From contig NC_068989.1 in the NCBI RefSeq assembly GCF_001194135.2, positions 84,345,675 to 84,394,903 of the forward strand: a stretch of 49,229 bases of DNA, read 5' to 3'. The notes beneath the pieces are model-generated. The model had not been told where the DNA came from, did not search any database, and saw nothing but the letters and a program-made list of their open reading frames with translations. The DNA is from Octopus bimaculoides (lineage: Eukaryota). Positions within the stretch are counted from its first letter, which is position 1; each line of letters opens with the position of its first letter. The position numbers and the translations under genes are program-made. Shown piece after piece: positions 1-11,644 of the stretch.

Positions 1-397
1 ACTCACAAGGTTTTGGTCGGCCCGAGACTATAGCAAAAAGCATTTTCCCCCAAGGTAGCACTGAACCCGGACTTATTCTTTGTAAGCCTAGTACTTATTC
101 TATCGGACGCTTTTGCCGAACCGCTAAGTTACGGGGACGTAAACATGCCAACATCGGTTGTGAAGCGATGTCGGGGGGACAAACACAGACACACAGACAT
201 ATACACATATACATACATACATATATATATATATATACATATATACGACGGGCTTCTTTCAGTTTCCGTCTACCAAATCCTCTCACAAGGCTTTGGTCGG
301 CCCGAAACTATTGTAGAAGACACTTACCCAAGTTGCCACACAGTGGGACTAAACCCGGAACCATGTGGTTGGTAAGCAAGCTGCTTACTACACAGCC
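1..397 (-). mobile_element. SINE family B copy (70-397) preceded by a partial copy (1-69)
   Basis: Nearly identical to 5640-6000. Confidence 0.82.
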
Positions 398-1738
398 GAT
401 CCTAGAAGAAAAATGGTATTGGACAAAAGGTTTGGGGAGGAAAGAAAGAAAGAAAGAGGAAGAGAAAATGAAAAAGGAGTGCTAGATGGTGGTCAAGTTA
501 TTGTGAGGGGTAGCGAGAGGAGAGCTATCAGTAGATAAAAGGAATAGGAGGAGGGATAGAAGGAAGAGATAAGAATGTAAGGAAGGAATATGTGTGAGAA
601 GTGGAAGGTGGGGAGATAGAAAAAGAACGTGGTGCGGAGGGGGGTACTAAAAGTGAGCAGTAAACCTCAAAAAGGAGGGAAGAATAAGAAGATATAATGG
701 TCATATTTCTAAAAATAGACGTAGGCATTTATTGTACCAGCTAAAGTGATAGTGGGGGCTGGGGAATCAGAGAGAGAAAGGAAAGTATGTATAAAGATAT
801 ACGCGCACACGCACGCATATATATATAAATGTGCATATGTACTATTATATAGGCCCGTATACTCGCACATATACACATACATATGTATCCATACACATAT
901 GCACACATGTACATACATATATATATATATATATATANNNNNNNNNNNNNNNNNNNNNNNNNNNNNNNNNNNNNNNNNNNNNNNNNNNNNNNNNNNNNNN
1001 NNNNNNNNNNNNNNNNNNNNNNNNNNNNNNNNNNNNNNNNNNNNNNNNNNNNNNNNNNNNNNNNNNNNNNNNNNNNNNNNNNNNNNNNNNNNNNNNNNNN
1101 NNNNNNNNNNNNNNNNNNNNNNNNNNNNNNNNNNNNNNNNNNNNNNNNNNNNNGTTTTTTTTTAATATTTCCATAGTTTTCAAATGCATTTTCATTATAA
1201 TACAAAGTAAAAATCATAAGATAATGATAATAAAACGTCTACACATGTTTCATAACCAAGTTTTCAAATAGAAAATAAAATATATTCAAATTTATTAAAT
1301 CGATCGAAAATCAATTCTATTCAAAAATATAGCTAATCTTCAGGTCAAGATACAACAATAATAATAATAAAAAGCATGTATATATCAACCAACAATAAAT
1401 AACAAATGAATGTATATAAAAATATTTATTATATTAAGATAGAAAATGTTAAACAATATTATTAAAAATATCAAAAATTATAAACGTGCCATAATTAACT
1501 TTACGTTTATTATAATATAAACTAACAGAAATATTATATGCAAATTTTATCTTAACGAATCTTTCGTTTAATATAATATAATTTTTACCTTTAAATTACC
1601 TACTACCGTATACGCTTTTAACGAGGACTATACATACTGAGGTAATACACCATTAGACGGTTTCATAACCTCTAACTTATATCTTACTTATACATATATA
1701 TATACATACACACACACGTACATAGATAAACACATATG

Positions 1739-1780
<42 letters not shown>

Positions 1781-1874
1781 CATACATACATGCATACATA
1801 CATACATGCATGCATACATACATACATACATACATACATACATACATACATACATACATACATACATACATACA

Positions 1875-2208
1875 GAGAAAGAATATAGTAATGGACTTCT
1901 GCTTCAAAGCTGCCAGCTTACGTATCCGGATTACAAATTTACATTTATACCAATAATAATTTGAGTGCTAGGTTTTGTAAATAAATGCTTAACTATCAGT
2001 CTGGATAAGCTTGGATTTTCAGAAAAAGAAATCAACCAACTGATTCGCACATGAGAACATTAGAAATACAATCTGTAAGAGGAAAAGTAAAACAATGCAA
2101 AACTTTTCTCTGGTTTAAAATGTGACATTGTTTTCGTTATTCGCATTCCAAAGATGGAAACCAGCCCCTTATTCAGAGGAAGAATTTAAATGATTAAATA
2201 CAGAAGAG
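1875..2208 (+). mobile_element. 5'-truncated, decayed R4/Dong-type LINE 3' end (older copy)
   Basis: Translates as ...QLTYPDYKFTFIPIII*VLGFVNKCLTISLDKLGFSEKEINQLIRT, homologous to the end of the restriction-like endonuclease region of the adjacent copy. Flanked by (ATAC)n on both sides. Confidence 0.75.
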
Positions 2209-2231
2209 ACATACATACATACATACATACA

Positions 2232-2261
<30 letters not shown>

Positions 2262-2263
<2 letters not shown>

Positions 2264-2921
2264 GCCACTCATAATGAAAAGGAATACTGGTGGACGTCCC
2301 AGTGAAGACCTCAATAAAATGTGAGCGCAACAGACCTGATATAATGATTTGGGATAGAGAAGCGAAACTGTGCACAGTTGTGGAAATTAGCTGCCCAGCG
2401 GATGTTAACATAAAGCTGAAGATCAGTGAAAAAGAGAACACCTACGCTGAACTATTGAGAAATCTTCAGTTATTCTATCAGGGTTACAAGTTCAAGTTTA
2501 TACCTGTAATTATACCTGTAACTATTGCCTAAATGCCAGTCTTGAGAAATTAGGCTTCTCAAAACCAGAAAGGAGAAAGCTAATTCGATGACTACAGCTC
2601 CAATCCATCACTGGAACTGTAAAAATCTGTTAAACTTTCCAGAAGTTTATCTTTTAAATATTTATGAGCATGTCTAGATAGGCAACTATATGCATGAGAA
2701 TACATACATAAAACATACAAATCTGCACATACATACATACAGAGACAAAAAGACATGTATGCATACATACATGCATGCATACATACATACATAAATACAT
2801 ACATACATACATACATACATACATACATACATACAAAAATACTCTGCTGCTGATGTTGAAGTAGGTTAGAAACCGGTTCTTTCTCTATTGGTAAGAAATC
2901 TTGAAACAAACTGAATAATGA
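2262..2921 (+). mobile_element. 5'-truncated R4/Dong-type LINE: restriction-like endonuclease (RLE) domain plus 3' UTR, pseudogenised
   Basis: DVPVKTSIKCERNRPDIMIWDREAKLCTVVEISCPADVNIKLKISEKENTYAELL shows the R-P-D-x12-E-x-x-x-P...K..Y RLE motif. It continues after a frameshift as CLNASLEKLGFSKPERRKLIR*LQLQSITGTVKIC*TFQKFIF*. The tail ends in (ATAC)n. Confidence 0.88.
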
Positions 2922-2969
2922 CATACATACATACATACATACATACATACATACATACATACATACATG

Positions 2970-3356
2970 GTGGTTGGCACTCCGTCGGTTACGACGACGA
3001 GGGTTCCAGTTGATCCGATCAACGGAACAGCCTGCTCGTGAAATTAACGTACAAGTGGCTGAGCACTCCACAGATACGTGTACCCTTAACGTAGTTCTCG
3101 GAGAGATTCAGCGTGACACAGACTATGACAAGGCTGACCCTTTTGAATTACAGGCACAACAGAAACAGGAAGAAAGAATTAGAGAAAGTTGTGGTGAAAG
3201 AGTACAGCAGGGTTCGCCACCATCCCCTGCCGGAGCCTCGTGGAGCTTTAGGTGTTTTTTGCTCAATAAACACTCACAACGCCCGGTCTGGGAATCGAAG
3301 CCGCGATCCTACGACCACGAGTCCGCTGCTCTAACCATTGGGTCATTGCGCCTCCA
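2970..3356 (-). mobile_element. tRNA(Arg-like)-derived SINE, family A
   Basis: Sense head GGAGGCGCAATG(A/G)CCCA(A/G)TGGTTAG...GGTTTCGATTCCC; about 385 bp; six near-identical copies in the window. Confidence 0.9.
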
Positions 3357-3404
3357 CACATACATACATACATACATGCATACATACATAAAAAATACCC
3401 TTAC

Positions 3405-3477
3405 TTTTCGACGTCCAACTTCCAAATGCTGCCGTAACCGATAGTAAAAACAACGTTATATAAGTCAGTTGTTGCAT
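3405..3477 (-). CDS. Probable first coding exon of a secreted protein (signal peptide MQQLTYITLFLLSVTAAFG-SWTSK)
   Basis: ATG at 3477 (gcaATG) with an in-frame TAA shortly upstream. Hydrophobic core LTYITLFLLSVTAA and an A-x-G cleavage site. Ends at a donor AAAA|GTAAGG (GT at 3404-3403, phase 1). Too short for the ORF track. Confidence 0.55.
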
Positions 3478-4394
3478 TGCTGTAGGTTGTTGTTGCTTTT
3501 ATTCCTCTTGCTGTTGTTACGGGTGTTAAAACATCTCTTGGGTGCTACTTCTTCACCTTGTTCATTGTTTGTGACATCTCAGTCTCGCTGATACAATAAT
3601 GTCCTTCAGACTACCGAACAGCGGCGGCGGCGGCGGTGGTGGTGTTTCGATTGGAAATCGATTTGGTTAATTGGTTTTCATAATTTCTCAGACCGCGGTC
3701 ACTGTACTTGTTCAATTGTTGTTGTTTTTGTTTAACTCGTGGTCAGATATCACTGACAACGGTGGTGGTGGAGGTGGTGGAGGTGGTNNNNNNNNNNNNN
3801 NNNNNNNNNNNNNNNNNNNNNNNNNNNNNNNNNNNNNNNNNNNNNNNNNNNNNNNNNNNNNNNNNNNNNNNNNNNNNNNNNNNNNNNAAATCCACTCACA
3901 AGGCTTTGGTCAGCCCGCGGCTATAGTAGAAGACACTCACCCAAGGTGCCACGCGCCAGCGGCGGCGGTGACGATGATCATGATCATGGTTCGAAGAGGA
4001 AGGTTAGTGTAGAGAGGTCGATGCGGCCTTCTTGTGTGTTTATTGAAACATGGAGAAGAGACTGGTGAAGCTGGGTGATCTCACTCTGAGTGTTGTTTCG
4101 GTTTGTTTTTCTCTAAGTAGGAGGAAAGAAACCTGGAAGAAGGTACTTCAGATGCCTTGGAGATAATAGAGTCATCTAGGTCATTTTGTGGAAAGGTTTT
4201 TTCTCAAATTGCTTTCTAAGTGGATGGTCATGCCATTAGAAATTCTATTTATTCATTTATTGTTTTTTTTTTTTACTTCTATTTTTATATTTTATGTCAT
4301 ATCTTTATTGTTGTTGCGTCTGAATTTTATTGATGTAACCCACACCGTTTTGGTCCTCAATGTCTTGGGCCCTTGTGGCCAATAAAAGAAATCA

Positions 4395-4915
4395 TCACCA
4401 TTTCATTGGCGAGCTGGCAGAAGCATTAGCACACTGGGCGAAATGCTCAGCAATATTTCTTCTGTTGCTACGTTCTGAGTTCAAATTCCACCAAGGTCAA
4501 CTTTGCCTTTCATTGTTTCAGGGTCAATGGAATAAGTACCAGCTATGCACTGGGGCTGGTGTAATTGACTAGCCCCCTCCCCAACAATTTCATGCCTTGT
4601 GCTTATATTAGAAAGGATTATTATTATTATTACTATTATTATTATTAATTTTATTTTTATTATTATTATTACTGTTGTTGTTGTTGTTATTATTATTAAG
4701 GTGGTGAGCTGGCAGAATCGTTAGCACGCCGGGCAAAATGTTTAGCAGTATTTCATCTGTCTTTACGTTCTGAGTTCAAATTCCACCGAGGTCCACTTTG
4801 CCTTTCATCCTTTCAAGGTCGATAAATTAAGTACCAGTTGCATACTGGGGTGGATCTAATCGACTGGCCCCCCCTCCCCAAAAATTTCATGCCTTGTGCC
4901 TTTAGTAGAAAGCAT
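4395..4915 (+). mobile_element. Two tandem tRNA-derived SINEs, family C (about 4395-4615 and 4697-4915), with (ATT)n tails
   Basis: gg(c/t)g(a/g)tgagctggcagaa...gttctgagttcaaattcc..cgaggtc(g/c)actttgcctttcatcc...aagtaccag...ttgtgc...gaaaggattattatt. Confidence 0.85.
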
Positions 4916-4986
4916 TATTATTATTATTATTATTATTACTAGTAGTTGTGGTGGTGGTCATTGTCGTGGTCATACCCATGGTCATG

Positions 4987-5017
<31 letters not shown>

Positions 5018-5044
5018 TAGTAGTCGTATTAGTAGTAGTACTAA

Positions 5045-5083
<39 letters not shown>

Positions 5084-5564
5084 GGCAGGCAGACAGACAG
5101 ACATGCAGGCAGACAGACGGTCGGACAGAAAAGCTAATTCGGAAAAGTTGTTGAGTTTCTTAAGTGCCTGGCACTTAGCATGGGAAGTGGTGTGAGGAAG
5201 AAATACCCCACCACCACCGCTACCCCTGTCCCCCCCAAAAAATTATTAAAAAAAAAAAACAAAGCGAGGTGGGGAAACAAGGAAATGACAGTTGGAAATG
5301 TTGACATGTTAGAGAGAAGTGATCCAGCAATGACCCCAGGAGGAAGGAAGGAAGACAATGGACAAAGAATTAACAAGTCTCAATTCTACAAATCCAGGCT
5401 GCAATAATATGACTCACTTTGCCAAATAAAGGACAATTGTCTTTCCTAGTACGGATAGCAGTACTAGGTACGTCATTCCTAGGAAAGGAATAATATTCAT
5501 TGTGCTGCGTACAAATATTGATGGGTTAAACAGATTAACATTTTGTTGTATCATTGTTTTTTAT

Positions 5565-5786
5565 ATTCTTTTTACTTGTTTCTGTCATTTGACTGCGGCC
5601 ATGCTGGAGCACTGCCTTTAGTCGAGCAAATCGACCCCAGGACTTATTCTTTGTAAGCCTAGTACTTATTCTATCGGTCTCTTTTGCCGAACCGCTAAGT
5701 TACAGGGACGGAAACACACCAGCATAGGTTGTCAAGCGATGCTAGGAGGACAAACACAGACACACACACATATATGTGTGTGTATA

Positions 5787-5839
<53 letters not shown>

Positions 5840-6014
5840 GCATATATATGACGGGTTTCTTTCAGTTTCTGTCTACCAAATCCACTCACAAGGCTTTGGT
5901 CGGCCCGAGACTATAGTAGAAGACACTAGCCCAAGGTGCCACACAGTGGGACTGAACCCGGAACCATGTGGTTGGTAAGCAAGCTACTTACCACACACCC
6001 ACTCCTATGCCTCC
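5565..6014 (-). mobile_element. tRNA-derived SINE family B (internal microsatellite), full copy
   Basis: Sense head aggagtgggtgtgtggtaagtagcttgc...gggttcagtcccac...ccttgggc, internal (TA/TG)n, then a 3' module ending in gaaacaagtaaaag. Confidence 0.85.
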
Positions 6015-6675
6015 ATACATACACATATACATAGATATACATATATATATAAATGTATGTATACATACATGCATATATATATATATATACATACATAAAA
6101 TTTTAAGGTCCACATAAATCAGAGTTAGTATGATCCGCTGGATATATGATGTCAGTGTGCACATATGACAGAGTCTAAGCACCCTGTGAGAAATGCTGGA
6201 CATAAGAAGCATCAGATGTGGTGTGCAAGAGAGACGACTGTGCTGGTATGGTCATATGCTACGTATGGATGAGGAGAGCTGTGGGAAGAAGGGTATCCGG
6301 CTCTAAAAATCCTTCCAAAACAGTCACAGAAGTCTGGTGTAGGCTTCGGCCTGGCCGGCTCTTGTGGTACCGTCCCACCCATGCTAGCATGGAACACAGA
6401 CGTTAAATCATGATGAGACACTAAACTATGATAGAGGGACAGGCACAGAGGTCTTGCTATAGAGAAGATATATAGCTATCTCACAATATATAAGAATGTA
6501 GGAGTAGCTAGAAAGATGACAATGATAATGATGTATTTATTTAAAAAACAAGACCAAGATTCTCAATTGTGTGTGCAGTTAGAGACAATATCAACACAAA
6601 TCTCCCTCATAAAAGGTATAATCAACTTACAAATCACAAGTTAACTCATAACCTAATCAATACACCAAACAGGAT

Positions 6676-6895
6676 AAGGTGGTGAGCTGGCAGAAACGTT
6701 AGCACGCTGGGCAAAATGCTTAGTGGTATTTCGTCTGTCTTTATATTCTGATTTCAATTTCTGCCGAGGTCGACTTTGCCTTTCATCCTTTCAGGGTCGA
6801 TAAATGAAGCACCAATGAAACACTGGGGTCGATGTGATCAACTAGTCCCCTCCACCAAGATTGCAGGCCTTGTGCCTTTAGTAGAAGGGATTATT
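6676..6895 (+). mobile_element. SINE family C, just downstream of the torsin stop codon (antisense to it)
   Basis: Collinear with 4697-4915. Confidence 0.85.
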
Positions 6896-7186
6896 TTTAT
6901 TTGCAAGGAAATTGTTTAAACATTTTTGCAGGACACAAATGCATCCTTAAAATATAATTACACACACATACATACACACACATGAACAAAAGTCAAAGAA
7001 GATGCAAAACACAACATCTTTTAAAAGAAAATACTTTAATACAAATAACAGCATTGTCAGATGGTGAAATAAATTTCTTCTATTTTTCCGATAAAGTGAA
7101 GAGCTGAAGATACTGACATAGAACAGTAAAATATTCTTAAATATCTTCAGTGGTAAAAATTGAGAATAGAGCAATAGCCATCAATG

Positions 7187-7470
7187 TCAGAGTTCTTCAT
7201 TAATGAGAGCAAAAGCCACTTTTTCAAAAACACGTTTACAGCCAGTCTCTGAAAAACTGTTTACAAAATGTAATTCTATTAATATTTTGTCAATGAATTC
7301 TTCAGTGTAGCTCCTGCCCAAATTACGTCGTTGCAGTTCATCATCGATGCATAGTTTTACGTGTTTGCGCTGTAAGGGCAGAAAGGGAACATAGGCAGTC
7401 ACTACATGACTTTTAATTAGATCACTACCATAAAAACCTCCCTTTTCAGTAAATGAAGTGTATGCAATGC
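7187..7470 (-). CDS. TOR1: Torsin-family AAA+ ATPase, C-terminal 93 aa (partial; 5' part runs into the N gap 7471-8418)
   Basis: Extending the 7187..7402 ORF upstream in frame gives IAYTSFTEKGGFYGSDLIKSHVVTAYVPFLPLQRKHVKLCIDDELQRRNLGRSYTEEFIDKILIELHFVNSFSETGCKRVFEKVAFALINEEL*. This matches the torsin C-terminus (human TorsinA: [31 protein letters not shown]...FSDKGCKTVF), including PFLPL, KHxKxC and the GCK sensor-II motif. Family-level call; the paralog cannot be resolved. Confidence 0.93.
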
Positions 7471-8418
7471 NNNNNNNNNNNNNNNNNNNNNNNNNNNNNN
7501 NNNNNNNNNNNNNNNNNNNNNNNNNNNNNNNNNNNNNNNNNNNNNNNNNNNNNNNNNNNNNNNNNNNNNNNNNNNNNNNNNNNNNNNNNNNNNNNNNNNN
7601 NNNNNNNNNNNNNNNNNNNNNNNNNNNNNNNNNNNNNNNNNNNNNNNNNNNNNNNNNNNNNNNNNNNNNNNNNNNNNNNNNNNNNNNNNNNNNNNNNNNN
7701 NNNNNNNNNNNNNNNNNNNNNNNNNNNNNNNNNNNNNNNNNNNNNNNNNNNNNNNNNNNNNNNNNNNNNNNNNNNNNNNNNNNNNNNNNNNNNNNNNNNN
7801 NNNNNNNNNNNNNNNNNNNNNNNNNNNNNNNNNNNNNNNNNNNNNNNNNNNNNNNNNNNNNNNNNNNNNNNNNNNNNNNNNNNNNNNNNNNNNNNNNNNN
7901 NNNNNNNNNNNNNNNNNNNNNNNNNNNNNNNNNNNNNNNNNNNNNNNNNNNNNNNNNNNNNNNNNNNNNNNNNNNNNNNNNNNNNNNNNNNNNNNNNNNN
8001 NNNNNNNNNNNNNNNNNNNNNNNNNNNNNNNNNNNNNNNNNNNNNNNNNNNNNNNNNNNNNNNNNNNNNNNNNNNNNNNNNNNNNNNNNNNNNNNNNNNN
8101 NNNNNNNNNNNNNNNNNNNNNNNNNNNNNNNNNNNNNNNNNNNNNNNNNNNNNNNNNNNNNNNNNNNNNNNNNNNNNNNNNNNNNNNNNNNNNNNNNNNN
8201 NNNNNNNNNNNNNNNNNNNNNNNNNNNNNNNNNNNNNNNNNNNNNNNNNNNNNNNNNNNNNNNNNNNNNNNNNNNNNNNNNNNNNNNNNNNNNNNNNNNN
8301 NNNNNNNNNNNNNNNNNNNNNNNNNNNNNNNNNNNNNNNNNNNNNNNNNNNNNNNNNNNNNNNNNNNNNNNNNNNNNNNNNNNNNNNNNNNNNNNNNNNN
8401 NNNNNNNNNNNNNNNNNN
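7471..8418. other. Assembly gap (others: 938-1153, 3788-3887, 11847-12680, 18028-18688, 31525-31534, 37111-37139, 39645-39706, 43806-44270)
   Basis: Runs of N. Confidence 1.
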
Positions 8419-8436
8419 AGCCTTACTCCCTTCTCC

Positions 8437-8437
<1 letters not shown>

Positions 8438-8470
<33 letters not shown>

Positions 8471-8775
8471 GTTTAACGTCTGCCTTCCATGCTAGCATGG
8501 GTCGGATGATTTGACTGAGGACTGGTGAAACCAGATGGCTACACCAGGCTCCAATCTGATTTGGCAGAGTTTCTACAGCTGGATGCCCTTCCTAACGCCA
8601 ACCACTCCGAGAGTGTAGTGGGTGCTTTTACGTGTCACTGGCACGAAGGCCAGTCACATGGTACTGGCAACGGCCACGCTCGAAATGGTGTATTTTACGT
8701 GCCACCTGCACAAGGGCCAGTCCAGCGGCAATGGCAACGATCTTGCTCGAATGTCTTTACACGTGCCATCACGAT
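8438..8775 (-). mobile_element. Non-autonomous RTE-like retroposon, family D, (GAT)n tail
   Basis: Sense contains ggttggcgttaggaagggcatccagctgtagaaac and ends gacgttaaac(gat)n. Confidence 0.8.
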
Positions 8776-9558
8776 TTCGCAGATCCTTACTACAAAAAGA
8801 TTCTACAAACTAAGTTTTGAAGTTTTACAACAAACAGAAGAGATAGACTGTGGGGTGACTAGTGAGAAAGTATTTAAGTTTGCTTTAAGGCCTGTTCTTC
8901 AAGGTGGAGCATGGTAATGTTTTGGTGGAATGTGGGGCTTCAGAATGGGGTCTAAATAACAAATCTTACAATAAACTTTTAATTAAAACTTCTCATCCAC
9001 TTTTCTATGTGAGTAGCCATGTACTTCTTCTACAGCAAGGATCCTGTTCTGTTCTGTCTCTTCTTTCATATTTTAACCTCTCGTCTCCAAGCACAAAACC
9101 ATATCCCTCTCAACTGTAGCCCCACTCAGTCAAAGAGGAGTTTAGTCTTGCAAGCTACATGATAACTGTATCAGTGCTGGTACCATAATAAAAAGTACCC
9201 AGTATGTTGTAAAATAGTTGGTGTCAGAAAGGACATCCAGTTATAGAAACCGTGTGGGGCGTGATACAGTCCTTCAATCCACTGGATCCTGTGAAAATAT
9301 CTAAAGCATGCCAGAATAGATAAAGGAAGTTAAAAGATCATTATCATCATCATCATCATCATCAGGTTGGATAGTTCAAGAGCAGCTGGCACTACAGAGG
9401 ACTATAGCAAGCACCACTGTCTCGCATGATTTCTATGGCTCGATGCCCTTCCCAATGCCAACCACTTTACAGGGTGTACTGAGAGCTTTTTACAAGATAC
9501 TGGCATTAAAAGACCCCTAAAGCAAATGAAATGCTGCAATATTCTATATGTGTATATA

Positions 9559-9867
9559 ACTAGTAAAGGGCCATACATCGGTCAACTTACTGTTTAACAG
9601 TAAATACTGTAGTAAGGTAACATGGCGAATTACAATTTTTGCATAATGTATAAATTCATAATTAGTCGACGCCATGCCAACCACAGAAGAATTTTGTCTC
9701 GTGATTCGGCTAATTGGGTGATATTCCAAGATTGATTCACGGTTAAGGATTCCAATTTCAGGAACAATGAATTGCGGTCCCGCTGGTCTTCCATGTGCCA
9801 TTCTGATCAATTCCAAAGTAAATAATAACGTGTATTTATGTTGACTTATGTATGTCCCTTTACTAGT
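9559..9867. mobile_element. MITE with 28-bp terminal inverted repeats ending in ACTAGT
   Basis: 9559-9586 actagtaaagggccatacatcggtcaac versus the reverse complement of 9840-9867 actagtaaagggacatacataagtcaac (25/28). Confidence 0.8.
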
Positions 9868-11625
9868 CATCTCCCCCTTAATTTTTATTTACTTTTTTAA
9901 TATCACCCACATCTCAACAAGTTGCACGATCTTCGTAAACAAAAGGCACAGTTCAGTATCATTTATTTCTAGTTCTCAACACAAGCAAATCATTTGACAG
10001 ATGTGGGGATTTATCATCTCACTTGGAAACAGCTAGAGGTTGGCGCCAAGAAGGGCATCCAACTACACAAAGAACTCCATCACACTCTTGTTGGACCCAT
10101 GAGGTGACTGAGAGGAATTATAGTAAACAGGTTATCTGAATTAATATGAACACTGAAAGTATAATTAACTCACTTGCGTCTCTGAGATTAATTCATAATT
10201 CAGTGGTGTAGCTGAAATGAACCAACACGTTTGATAAAGTGTCGTGCAATTGAATATCTTTGACAGTCTTATCCAGTCTATCAAGTTATTTTAGTCTATT
10301 ATTTAAAAAATTATAAAATAATCGAAATTATTTTACAGAAGAATGTTTAACTATCATTTCGTTACATCAAATTCGTATCAGTTTTGTTTCGTTTCTAAGA
10401 AACCTCTTTCACTTTTTAATGCCGTGTTTCCGGCAAAAGACGATCTTAGCCTACTTCAGTAAATTCACCCTCTGATGAATATAAAACGAAACATCGCTGC
10501 AAATTTCTATACAGATTACGAAATATTTACCATGCTTTCAACGAATGTCACATCGAAATTACACGTAAACGGCTCCTTTTCACCGATAAGAAAGATTTGG
10601 CAGCTATTTCTAGCACGCCCTGCTACGTCGCCGATATTTCGCTGTGAAAACATCAAGAGGGGGAAGATGTAATTTCTTTTCCAATGTGCGAACGGGTCCT
10701 TTACGAAATATGGAGCTTCTTCAGATTGTACATATTTTCCATTTTCATAACTTTCTGTGGTGTTGAGCTATTTGATTTAATTGGAGAGGTGCGTCGAACC
10801 CTTTAGTTTAACCCGTTTCGGCGTTGCCTTAACCATAAACACCGAGTGTGTGTATTCTTATACCTTTGTGTAACTGTATGCCTATTAGGCGTATATATAT
10901 CCATCTTATGTGCTGCTGAGCTATTTAAGTATTAAAGGGAAAATTAAATATACACTCGAGAAAAACAAATTATCTGCCAGTCGCTAATATTATTTTGTCA
11001 TTTGATAATAAGTTACTCTAATTAAGCTTTTTACGGGCACTAGGCCTTTTAAATGGATTAGAAACTACCACCGTCGTTATAACTAATATATTATTAATAG
11101 TTTTAAAAAAAGGTAGGCTCGACTTACATGTTCAGTAAGCAAATTTGTTGTACTTCTGGATATTTCCCTCACATATTTATATCGATTAACCAGAACAATA
11201 TGCATATTTTGTAGTATTATTACTCAATGGTATAGAAAGTGATTACTCAAAGGGAGTTAATAAAACAGAACACTGGCAACAGCATCAGCTGTAGCTTGTA
11301 ATATTGCTTTTAACCAGAAGTTCAGGACATTAGATTTGGGTAAACGGCCGCTAAATTGTTTTCCCACGAGAGTTCCGGACCCCAGTCACAAACATTTAAT
11401 CAGATCTCGTTTGCATACATTTAATCAGAGTTCACCTTGACCTTGTTGTCAAGTTAACAGACACACTCTACCAAGTAAACTCAAGACAAAGAACGGTGTA
11501 GTAAATCGACCGATCGTCAAGTTATGCCTGATTTTAGAAGGAGACAAGTAATTAGATAGATTTGCATCTATACCTATTATCGGATTTTGAGTAAATTTTC
11601 AGATTAACACCTGCCTGATCTTCAC

Positions 11626-11644
11626 TAGGGTGTTAGGGTTAGGG
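11626..11644 (+). repeat. Short interstitial telomere-like (TTAGGG) tract, left part
   Basis: tagggtgttagggttaggg. Confidence 0.7.

Noticed and set aside
7417-8514. 300+ aa ORFs spanning N runs (also 11785-12723, 17970-18809, 43656-44361)
   Set aside because: Open only because N codons are not stops; the real torsin frame is a different one.
9544-9870. 108-aa ORF
   Set aside because: Coincides with a MITE; no recognisable domain.
10472-10495. CTGATGA...GAAAC hammerhead-like spacing
   Set aside because: The intervening atataaaac cannot form stem II and no GUH or stem I follows.
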